Below, piece after piece: positions 7,824-15,167 of a stretch of DNA of 18,171 bases; within the stretch, counting starts at the first letter, position 1; each line of letters opens with the position of its first letter. Both the position numbers and the translations under genes were made by a program. The stretch comes from a bacterium (GTDB lineage Bacteria > Zhuqueibacterota > Zhuqueibacteria > Oceanimicrobiales > Oceanimicrobiaceae), in contig JBHHXT010000094.1 of the NCBI GenBank assembly GCA_046757165.1, forward strand, positions 1 to 18,171, in the 5' to 3' direction. A model generated the notes under the pieces. It was given only the letters and a program-made list of their open reading frames with translations. It was not told the origin of the DNA and did no database searches.

Positions 7824-8849
7824 TTAGATTCCAAGCACCTGTTTGGAAATATGCATGGTGACCAGCACATGCGGCATATCGACGACTTCGGCAATCTTCA
7901 GGTCCGCGGCCAGTGAGCAAAGCACATACGCCTCGGTGCGCTCCAATCCGTGTTCGGCTTCGAGATAGTCGACCATGTAGCGCGTTGCTTTCCGGGCGGC
8001 CTCGTCGATGGTGGTCGCAAACGCGGTGACGGCGTAGGTGGTCTCTGTCTCGTATTGCGGCTCATGAATCTTGCGGCCGCCTTTGATGACGTCCACCTGG
8101 TAGACGATGCGCATGGGCGCTTCGACGGCCGTGCCGCAGACTTCGCCCAGGCCTTGAGCTGCGTGCGTGTCCCCGATGGAGAAAAGCGCCCCTTCCACGA
8201 ACACCGGAAAGTAAACCGTGGTGCCCTCGACGATACTCGGGTCATCCATGTTGCCGCCATTGGCGCGCGGCGGAATGGTCGAGAGCATCTCCTCGGTATC
8301 TGGCGCGACGCCCATGACGCCAGCGAAGGGCTCGAGGGGAATGGTGATCTTCTGGTTGAATTGCACCGACTTCTTATTCTTGCTCAGGTCGAAGGTCTTG
8401 AGATACGGCTCTGTAAACTCGTCCGTCAGAAAGCCAAAGCCGGGAAACACGGCGCTCCATCCCCAGTCGCCGATTTCTATCTCGAGCAGCTTCACGGCCA
8501 GAACGTCGCCCGGCTGCGCCCCTTCCACGTAGAGCGGGCCGGTCAGCGGATGAATGGGATCGAACTGCACCTTTAGCATATCTGCCGCGATGGAGTTGAT
8601 GTTGAGCTGTTTGTCCGTTGCTTCTTCTGTGTAGACCTCGACGACAGCGCCAGACGGCACCTTCAGCGCTGGTGCGATGGCCTGGCTGAATTTGTTGTGA
8701 GTGTGCTCCTTGGTGATCGTAAACTGCGGCTCGGGAATATCGTTGCTGCCAGCGCTCTGCTGCTGCATGCCCTGGCATCCCGGAAAAGCCAGCATCAGAC
8801 ACAAAAGCGTGAGCCCCAACTGTACCTTTGCTTGTTCTAAAACTCGCAT
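7824..8849 (-). CDS. Acetamidase/formamidase (FmdA_AmdA family) protein with a signal or lipoprotein-like leader
   Basis: Motifs HPLTGPLYVEGAQPGDVLAV, PFAGVMGVAP, PPRANGGNMD, GALFSIGDTHAAQGLGEVCGTAVE and AYVLCSLAADL. Preferred start is ATG 8849 with GGAGGGAG upstream. Hydrophobic leader ends AFPG-C. Confidence 0.92.
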   Translation of the reverse strand: MRVLEQAKVQLGLTLLCLMLAFPGCQGMQQQSAGSNDIPEPQFTITKEHTHNKFSQAIAPALKVPSGAVVEVYTEEATDKQLNINSIAADMLKVQFDPIHPLTGPLYVEGAQPGDVLAVKLLEIEIGDWGWSAVFPGFGFLTDEFTEPYLKTFDLSKNKKSVQFNQKITIPLEPFAGVMGVAPDTEEMLSTIPPRANGGNMDDPSIVEGTTVYFPVFVEGALFSIGDTHAAQGLGEVCGTAVEAPMRIVYQVDVIKGGRKIHEPQYETETTYAVTAFATTIDEAARKATRYMVDYLEAEHGLERTEAYVLCSLAADLKIAEVVDMPHVLVTMHISKQVLGI

Positions 8850-8897
8850 TGCAACTCCCTCCATTTGTTTTGTGGGTTCTTAACGTTCAAAAGATGA

Positions 8898-9956
8898 CTA
8901 CATCTTCTGTGGTAGCGTACAAACCAGAAATCCGGCATCGAAGACCGCGCCGATCAGAAGCTTGTCTTTGAATACTGCGGCCACACTCGAGGCAGACAAC
9001 GCCTCGCCCGTGTCCAAAAACACTTCTTCTGCCTCGTAATCGCCATGTTCGTGCAAGGTTATCTTGATGACCTGCGAGGGCGCCAGGTTTGAAGCATCTT
9101 TCGCATGGTCGACAAAGGTGAGCAGCTTCGGATGCGCCCCTAGCCAGAGATTGCCGGCCGGATCCACCTCGATGTTGTCGACGCCTGTCCCGACCTCGAT
9201 TTCCTTCAGGTGCTCCAGGTGACCTGTGTGCAGGTCCCGGTTGTAGACATGGACCTTTTGTTCCGTTGTGGCCGCGACATAAATGCTCCGGCCGTCATGA
9301 CTTTTGTTGATGCCGTTGGCATAGAGCAGTCCGGTCGCCGCTACCCTGAACGCACCGCCGTCGTAGTACAGTACGTTTGCCCGCGGCAAGCGCAAATATT
9401 CCTCCAGGGTTCGCCCCATCTCTGAGCGGTTGCCATGGTCATTGGTGACGTAGAACTGGTTCGGTCCCACTGCGACCACATCGTTGGGACTGTGCATCAA
9501 CTCACCGCGAACCGACTCGAGGTGGCGGAGCTTGTTGTTTTCAAGCGCAAAGATTTCAATGGCAGGCCCCTCTTTTGCATGGTTAACCACAAGAAGCCGT
9601 TTGCCGCCGCCCTCCTGCTCGAGCAAGCTGATGCCGTGCGGGTGAAAATCCAGGTCGAGAGAGTCGGTCAGGTTGACTGGCACCGGCGTCTCAGAGGTCA
9701 AATCGTAAGCGTAGATGGCTCCCTTCCCGGGCTGGCCGGCGAGCGTACGGCGGCGGTCATCACTGGAGATGAAAGCGATGCCGGATTCTGGTAAGACGGT
9801 GATGTCCTCGGCGCCGACGACCCCGGCAACTTTGTCGATGTGGCCATCAAAGTGTGGCACGATGGTCTTGAACTCGCCCGTGTCGCGGTAAATGTCAAGA
9901 ACAAACCAGCCCGCAATCAGGACAATCCCTGCGAACAGTCCGATGAAGACTTTCAT
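8898..9956 (-). CDS. Paraoxonase/arylesterase (PON-like) six-bladed beta-propeller lactonase
   Basis: PON-type motifs in order: GAED, FHPHGIS, LVVNH, SPNDVVAVGPNQFYVTNDH, YANGIN, VDNIEVD, LWLGAHP, APSQV, SSVA, LLIGAVF. Preferred start is ATG 9956 (MKVFIGLFAGIVLIAGWFVL, signal anchor) with AGGAGG at 9963-9968. Confidence 0.92.
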   Translation of the reverse strand: MKVFIGLFAGIVLIAGWFVLDIYRDTGEFKTIVPHFDGHIDKVAGVVGAEDITVLPESGIAFISSDDRRRTLAGQPGKGAIYAYDLTSETPVPVNLTDSLDLDFHPHGISLLEQEGGGKRLLVVNHAKEGPAIEIFALENNKLRHLESVRGELMHSPNDVVAVGPNQFYVTNDHGNRSEMGRTLEEYLRLPRANVLYYDGGAFRVAATGLLYANGINKSHDGRSIYVAATTEQKVHVYNRDLHTGHLEHLKEIEVGTGVDNIEVDPAGNLWLGAHPKLLTFVDHAKDASNLAPSQVIKITLHEHGDYEAEEVFLDTGEALSASSVAAVFKDKLLIGAVFDAGFLVCTLPQKM

Positions 9957-10083
9957 AGAAACCCTCCTCTGTAGTGATAGGGAAAATGTCAATAAAAACA
10001 GCCCGGTAAAGGTTGTACAGGTCACAGCCGAGACAGAAAAGCGCGGAGGTAATTTGTTATACTCATCTGCGCCAATTGCAAAC

Positions 10084-10200
10084 GATCCAACACAGTCTCT
10101 GACTGTGTTTTTGGTTCCCCTGTTCCCCGCATGGGAACCAGCCTATTTAGCAAGTAGCAGAGCGTTGGAACCAGCCAACCCCCGGAACCCTGACAGGGTT
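10084..10200. repeat. Second composite REP-like cluster, an inverted and degenerate relative of 3774-3914, plus an AACCCTGACAGGGTT hairpin
   Basis: 10084-10108 matches the reverse complement of 3890-3914 at 23/25 and contains the perfect hairpin AACACAGTC-TCT-GACTGTGTT. Also TGGTTCCC...GGGAACCA (10112-10140), GCAGAGCGTTGGAACCAG (10157-10174) and AACCCTG-A-CAGGGTT (10186-10200). Confidence 0.8.
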
Positions 10201-10210
10201 TGTAACAGTT

Positions 10211-11509
10211 TTAGCTCAGCGTGCCGATCAACCTCTTCAAACGTTCGCGGTAGCTGAAGTGCTCCACCTCAATTTCGTGCCGCATCGACTGAATATAGCG
10301 AATGCCACCGTTTCTGAACGCCGATGGGTCTGCCTTGAGTTTGCGAAAGATCTGGGCCTTTGCCGGTTGATGCTCTTGCGCAAGAACAAACCTGGCGATC
10401 AATTTAGTCTGATAGTCCACCAGGCCCCATTGGCCGCTATCCGGCTGAATCAGCCCGGCGACGAAAAGATTGTCATAAACCGGATGGAAAATGTTCAGTA
10501 ACAATTCGGGATGATGCCCGCGCCAGTTCAGGTATTTTTTATCAATAAACGGAAAAGAGATCTTGTAGCCGGTGGCATAGATGATGACGTCGATTTGCTC
10601 CTCGGAGCCGTCGGTAAACCGCACCCGGTCGCCGCGCAGCTCCTGGAGGTCCGGCTTGGGCGTGATGTCACCGTGTCCGAGGTAGTAGTAGATCTGCGAG
10701 TTGACGATCGGGTGGCTTTCGAACAATTTATGGTCCGGCTTTGGAAGACCGAAGTGTTCGGGCTGGCCGTAAATGGTTTTCACAATAAATGTGTTCACGG
10801 CGCGCCGGATGGCGAGGGGAACGCGCAGCTTCAAGGTGATTTCCCCGACCTGGTCGGCCGGTTTCCCGAACATGTACTTCGGGATGTAGTAATAGCCGCG
10901 CCTGACGCTGTGGAAGGTCGCCGCGGCGTTTTGCGCCGATTCGACCGCGATATCGCAGCCCGAGTTGCCCGCGCCAACCACGAGCACGCGTTTGTCGCGC
11001 AGGATGTCCGGTGTCTTGTACGCTTTGGAGTGAATCGCTAAGCCACTGAATTCGCCGGGGGTGTCAGGGAAGTTCGGATCCCAGAGATGCCCATTGGCGA
11101 TGATGACCCCGCCATAACGGCGCGTCTGGCCGTCTGCCAATGTCACCTCCCAGAGCTCGCCGGCAAAGTCGATTCGTTCGACGGCTGTATCGAATTCGAT
11201 CAGCTCCTCCAGGCCAAAGGAGCGGGCGTACGCCCGAAAATATTCCATCACCCGAAGATGGCTCGGATAGTCCGGGTAGTCGTCCGGCATTGGGAAGTCG
11301 GTGAATTCTGTGAGCGGTTTGGAGGAGATCAGGTGTGTCGAGCGATAGATGCTGCTGTTGGGATTGGCATAGTTCCACAGGCCGCCGAGATCAGACTCCC
11401 GCTCCAGGACGCAGCACGGAATCCCATGCTGTTTGAGATTCTTGGCGGCGGCCAGACCCGAGGCGCCGGCGCCGATAACGCAGTAGGTACGCTCGTAGCT
11501 GGGGTGCAA
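10211..11509 (-). CDS. Flavin-containing monooxygenase (class B, FMO-like)
   Basis: FAD-binding VIGAGASG, LGGLW, FMO fingerprint FSGLAIHSKAYK (FxGxxxHxxxY), NADPH-binding VVGAGNSGCDIA, and DVIIYATGY. Preferred start is TTG 11509 after AAGGAGAGGAGG; the track extends it to 11590. Confidence 0.93.
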   Translation of the reverse strand: MHPSYERTYCVIGAGASGLAAAKNLKQHGIPCCVLERESDLGGLWNYANPNSSIYRSTHLISSKPLTEFTDFPMPDDYPDYPSHLRVMEYFRAYARSFGLEELIEFDTAVERIDFAGELWEVTLADGQTRRYGGVIIANGHLWDPNFPDTPGEFSGLAIHSKAYKTPDILRDKRVLVVGAGNSGCDIAVESAQNAAATFHSVRRGYYYIPKYMFGKPADQVGEITLKLRVPLAIRRAVNTFIVKTIYGQPEHFGLPKPDHKLFESHPIVNSQIYYYLGHGDITPKPDLQELRGDRVRFTDGSEEQIDVIIYATGYKISFPFIDKKYLNWRGHHPELLLNIFHPVYDNLFVAGLIQPDSGQWGLVDYQTKLIARFVLAQEHQPAKAQIFRKLKADPSAFRNGGIRYIQSMRHEIEVEHFSYRERLKRLIGTLS

Positions 11510-11636
11510 TTCCTCCTCTCCTTCCGGGTTTGTTTCGTCTATAGGATGACCTTTCGTTCTGTGCACTTTTGCAAAGGAATCAAAAAGCAAAATCTAAATA
11601 TTCACCGCAAAGGCGCGAAGAACGCGAAGAGAAAGC

Positions 11637-11778
11637 GTAACTGTTCAGGTATACTTGGAGCGCAAAAATCAGTGAACGCAAGAACGTATTTTTGCAGCAT
11701 CACTGGCCGGATATGTTGCAAAAATACGTTCCTGGTGGAAGTGATTTTTGCACTCCGGCTTTTGGCCTGAATAGTTGC
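11637..11778. mobile_element. 142-bp foldback MITE-like element
   Basis: Ends GTAACTGTTCAGG and CCTGAATAGTTGC match 11/13 as inverted repeats. Nested internal arms GGAGCGCAAAAATCA/TGATTTTTGCACTCC and GAACGTATTTTTGCAGCAT/ATGTTGCAAAAATACGTTC. No target duplication is visible. Confidence 0.65.
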
Positions 11779-11827
11779 TAGTTTTCACAGATTCATGAAT
11801 TTCTCACAGCAAGGGCCAACACGTAAG

Positions 11828-11873
11828 GCATGAAATGCTTTAGCATTTCATGCAACGCTAAAGCGTTGCACCC
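11828..11873. repeat. REP doublet of the GC-TTTA-GC / GC-TAAA-GC loop family
   Basis: Perfect hairpins GCATGAAATGC-TTTA-GCATTTCATGC (11828-11853) and TGCAACGC-TAAA-GCGTTGCA (11851-11870). Same loop and orientation as the doublet at 6698-6892. Confidence 0.8.
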
Positions 11874-11947
11874 CTCTTTATCCCGTTAAGTTATTGCATA
11901 ATCAAGCGATTAAGGAATATTTGCCAATCTCTCGTGAATAATCCAGG

Positions 11948-11988
11948 TTAAGAAATTTTCCGTGTGGTTTTTTGATCCGCGTGGACCC
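11948..11988. repeat. Orphan right arm of the 7731-7808 inverted repeat
   Basis: TTAAGAAATTTTCCGTGTGGTTTTTTGATCCGCGTGGACCC compared with TTAAGATATTCTTCCGTGTGGTTTTTTGATCCGTGTGACCC at 7772-7812. Confidence 0.75.
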
Positions 11989-12093
11989 AATATCACACGA
12001 AATTGTCGATGTTTGGCGTTGGCACCTCGAATCTCAAATACACGGTCGGAGAGGACCGGTGCTCCAGCATCACGCCAATCTTGCAAGGAAGTA

Positions 12094-12915
12094 TTACAAT
12101 TTTTGATCTTCGAATTCCGGCAGCTCCTTTTTGGCGAGCAGCCACCCGCGTGAGGCCTTTGCCACTCTCAGAATCCAGCGCGCCAACCGCGGCGACAGGG
12201 CCGGAACAATCGAGCTGACCAGACGGACCCGCCCGGGAACGAAGACTTCGATGGCGTTGGTCTCAATGGCTTTTCTGACCGCCAGCGCCACCTGCTCAGG
12301 CTCAACGACCGGGGTCAGGAAGGTGTGGCGCACGCCTTCGGAGAGCCGGGTTCGCGCCGGGCTGGGGCAAATCCAGCTAACGCCGATATTGGTTCCCTCC
12401 AGCTCGGAGCGCAGGGCCGAGCTGAAGCCGACGACGCCGTGCTTGGAGGCCGCATAAGCCACCACGCCTTCGGTGCCGAACTTGCCGGCAATGCTGGCGA
12501 TGTTGACGATGTGGCCGCTATTGCGTTGCAGGAATTTCGGCAAGGCCATGTAGGTCAAATGCATCGTTCCAAGCAAGTTGATCTCGATGGTGCGGCGCCA
12601 GACCTCGAAATCGCGTTCCCAGAAAGGTCCGCTGGGCAGGACGCCGGCGTTGTTGATGAGGACATCGAAGCCGCCGTTCAGCCCTTCCGCCTGCTTGATC
12701 ATCTTTTGAGCCGCCCGCTTCTGGGTGATGTCGCAAGCGAATGGGGTGAATTTGCGTCCGAGACCTTCAACTGCGGCCGCGGTTTCCTGCATCTCTTGCA
12801 GGCGCAAGTCCACGCCGATGATGTCAGCGCCGGTACGCGCGAGCTCTTTGGCGGTCGCCTGTCCAATGCCGCGCGCGGCACCGGTCAGCAGAACGGTTTT
12901 GTCGGTTAGAATCAT
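12094..12915 (-). CDS. Classical short-chain dehydrogenase/reductase (SDR)
   Basis: TGAARGIG, NNAG, IVNIASIAG and catalytic YAASK. ATG lies one base after the stop of the upstream DUF4870 gene, which suggests translational coupling. Confidence 0.95.
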   Translation of the reverse strand: MILTDKTVLLTGAARGIGQATAKELARTGADIIGVDLRLQEMQETAAAVEGLGRKFTPFACDITQKRAAQKMIKQAEGLNGGFDVLINNAGVLPSGPFWERDFEVWRRTIEINLLGTMHLTYMALPKFLQRNSGHIVNIASIAGKFGTEGVVAYAASKHGVVGFSSALRSELEGTNIGVSWICPSPARTRLSEGVRHTFLTPVVEPEQVALAVRKAIETNAIEVFVPGRVRLVSSIVPALSPRLARWILRVAKASRGWLLAKKELPEFEDQKL

Positions 12916-12916
12916 G

Positions 12917-13267
12917 CTAATTCAGAAAGCGAATGGTAAAGGGATATTTGTACGACTCCCCGTTGCTGATTTTGATGGCAGCGACAATGACGAGCGCAAC
13001 CTGGGCGATGGCAATGGCGATCAGAAGCGGAATCCCGACCAAAATGAAACAGAGCACGAGCGCGCCGAGCGCATATATCGTGATGGAAATCTGAAAATTC
13101 AGGGACTCTTTGCCTTCTGTGTCGACCAACGGCAGTTCATCTTTTTTCACCAACCAAATGATGAGCGGCCCGATGATATTGCCGAACGGTATCCCAATCC
13201 AGCATGCGAGTGCTGCAAGATGGCAAAACATACCCCAGTTGCGTTCTTCCTTATCGTTTGTTGACAT
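12917..13267 (-). CDS. DUF4870 (Tic20-like) small membrane protein
   Basis: ERNWGMFCHLAAL...IIGPLIIWLVKKD...KESLNFQIS...G..YKYPFTIRF, with three hydrophobic segments. AGGAGGG SD upstream. Confidence 0.88.
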   Translation of the reverse strand: MSTNDKEERNWGMFCHLAALACWIGIPFGNIIGPLIIWLVKKDELPLVDTEGKESLNFQISITIYALGALVLCFILVGIPLLIAIAIAQVALVIVAAIKISNGESYKYPFTIRFLN

Positions 13268-13305
13268 CGTTCCCTCCTGATTTATTTAGAGATCTGGTGA
13301 ATGAG

Positions 13306-13405
13306 GTGAAACGTGAAACGTCAAACGTCCCCTCCTCTCGCGATGTCAGCGATGGGGTCGTGGGGCAATGTCACGTCTCACGTTTCACATTTGACGTTTG
13401 ACGTC
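13306..13405. repeat. Inverted pair of tandem 7-bp repeat arrays around a ~42-bp spacer
   Basis: Left arm GTGAAAC GTGAAAC GTCAAAC GT (13306-13328). Right arm TCACGTC TCACGTT TCACATT TGACGTT TGACGTC (13371-13405). Confidence 0.85.
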
Positions 13406-14881
13406 AGGAGCGTCAGGCTCCCGAATTCGTCTCAAAACCTCTTGCACCACCTGCCAGGCTTCTCGCACATGGCGAAGCTCGGTTCTGAGATTCCCGATCG
13501 CCAACCGCAGAACAAACTGGCCATTGAGCTTTGTGTGCGACAGGAAGAGTGTGCGAGTTGCGTTCACGCTCTCGAGCAGTTTCTCGTTGAGTGCATTCAA
13601 CTCTGAAACCGCGACGCCCCGCGGCCGGGCACGAAAACAGACTGTGCTGAAGACCACCGGCGCCATGCGCTCAAACGCCTCATGCTGGTCAATCCAGGTC
13701 GCGAATGTCTGCGCGAGTTTGCAGTGGGTGCGAATCCGTTCTGCGATGCCGTCAACGCCGAAATAGCGCAGCACGAACCAGAGTTTGAGCGCCCGAAAGC
13801 GGCGGCCGAGCTGCAGGCCGTAGTCCATGTAATTCTCCACTTCGTCGTCCTCCCGGGTGCGCAGGTATTCGGGTACCAGGCTAAAAGCCCGCTTCAAGAG
13901 TTCGGGTTTGCGCGTGAAAAAGGCGCTCGAGTCTACCGGAACAAACAGCCACTTGTGTGGATTGACGACCAGCGAGTCCGCCCGCTCGCAGCCGGCGAGC
14001 ACGTGACGCATCTCGGGGACGACGGCCGCAGCGCCCCCGTACGCCGCATCCACATGCAGCCACATCTCTTCTTGTTGGCAGATGTACCCAATTGCCGGCA
14101 CCGGGTCGATACTGGTGGTCGAGGTCGTGCCCACGGTTGCCACGGTGCAGAACGGCCGCCAGCCCGCGCGCCGATCTTCTGTTATGGCGTCTTGCAGGGC
14201 CTGCGGGTTCATGCGGAAGTGCTCATCCACGGCAATCTTGCGCACGCCTCTCATCCCCAGGCCGAGCGCAATCGCAGCTTTGTCGATGGAGGAATGGGCG
14301 TGCTCTGAGGCATAAAGCCGCAGGCGGGGCAGCTCAGGCCGGCCGGCCATGCCCTGTTCGCGAATGCGCAGCTCGGCGAGCTGCTCACGCGCCGCAGCGA
14401 TGGCATGCATCGTGCTGATGGAGGCCGTATCGTAGATGATCCCCCAAAAATCGTGTGGCAAGCCGAGCATTTGCCGCAGCCAGTCGAGCGTCACTTGTTC
14501 GAGCTCTGTCGCCGCCGGACAGCTCTTCCATAACATGCCATTGATATTGAAGACCGCGCTCAGGAACTCCCCCAGAACTCCGGGACCGCTGCCGGTGATG
14601 GAAAAATAAGCGAAGAAGCTGGGGTGGTTCCAGTGTGTCATGCCAGGCATGATAATCTTGTCCACGTCGGCCAGGATGGTGCTCATGGCTTCGCCAGAGC
14701 GAGGCGGGCCTGGCGGCAGCCGTCTGCGGATCTCCCCCGGTTTGATATCCGGTAAGACTGGCGTTGCGTCCAGGTTCTGGAAATGTCTGCCGATCCAGGT
14801 CACCAGCATCTCGCTGGCGTTGCGAAACTCTGTGAGCGGCATGTCGCCGTGATCAGGCGCTGACGAGTTCTTTTCTGTCAT
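13385..14881 (-). CDS. Group II PLP-dependent decarboxylase, aromatic-L-amino-acid (DDC/TDC)-like
   Basis: IMPGMTHWNHPSFFAYF, WKSCPAATELE, AHSSIDKA, VATVGTTSTTSID, WLHVDAAYGG, PLP-lysine motif NPHKW, and LGRRFRALKLWFVLRYFG. Confidence 0.95.
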   Translation of the reverse strand: MTEKNSSAPDHGDMPLTEFRNASEMLVTWIGRHFQNLDATPVLPDIKPGEIRRRLPPGPPRSGEAMSTILADVDKIIMPGMTHWNHPSFFAYFSITGSGPGVLGEFLSAVFNINGMLWKSCPAATELEQVTLDWLRQMLGLPHDFWGIIYDTASISTMHAIAAAREQLAELRIREQGMAGRPELPRLRLYASEHAHSSIDKAAIALGLGMRGVRKIAVDEHFRMNPQALQDAITEDRRAGWRPFCTVATVGTTSTTSIDPVPAIGYICQQEEMWLHVDAAYGGAAAVVPEMRHVLAGCERADSLVVNPHKWLFVPVDSSAFFTRKPELLKRAFSLVPEYLRTREDDEVENYMDYGLQLGRRFRALKLWFVLRYFGVDGIAERIRTHCKLAQTFATWIDQHEAFERMAPVVFSTVCFRARPRGVAVSELNALNEKLLESVNATRTLFLSHTKLNGQFVLRLAIGNLRTELRHVREAWQVVQEVLRRIREPDAPDVKRQM

Positions 14882-15007
14882 TTTTTAGCAAGAGCTTCGA
14901 ATTTCCTGTTGTTTAAATCCCCGCGCCTTCTGCGTGGCCTGTCCGGCTTAGGAGTATCCGGCATCTTTGTCTGGATTGAGAAAAGGGGATATCAGTTGTT
15001 TAAGGAA

Positions 15008-15035
15008 AAAGTAGAAGAAATAAATCAAAAGTCAA
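15008..15035 (-). promoter_or_regulatory. Candidate sigma70-type promoter for the decarboxylase-headed minus-strand run
   Basis: Minus strand reads TTGACT-N16-TACTTT in an AT-rich divergent spacer, ~130 bp upstream of ATG 14881. Motif match only. Confidence 0.4.
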
Positions 15036-15167
15036 ATATTTAATTGGTCGACGGCGTCGGCGCTTCCGGGCGCCGAAACAATTCCGGGCATTTGCTAAAG
15101 ACACCGCGTTTTAGTCCGAAGATCAGTCTGTTGAGTCGATTTGTACAACTTAAAGAAGGGTGATTCC

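Noticed and set aside
11010..11055. Type I Baeyer-Villiger monooxygenase or YUCCA assignment for the flavoprotein
   Set aside because: The fingerprint ends in Y-K (FMO type), not W-P/D. Nothing in the sequence specifies YUCCA or auxin function.
11510..11590. 27-aa N-terminal extension of the FMO in the ORF track
   Set aside because: A strong SD precedes TTG 11509, and the Rossmann motif begins shortly after it.
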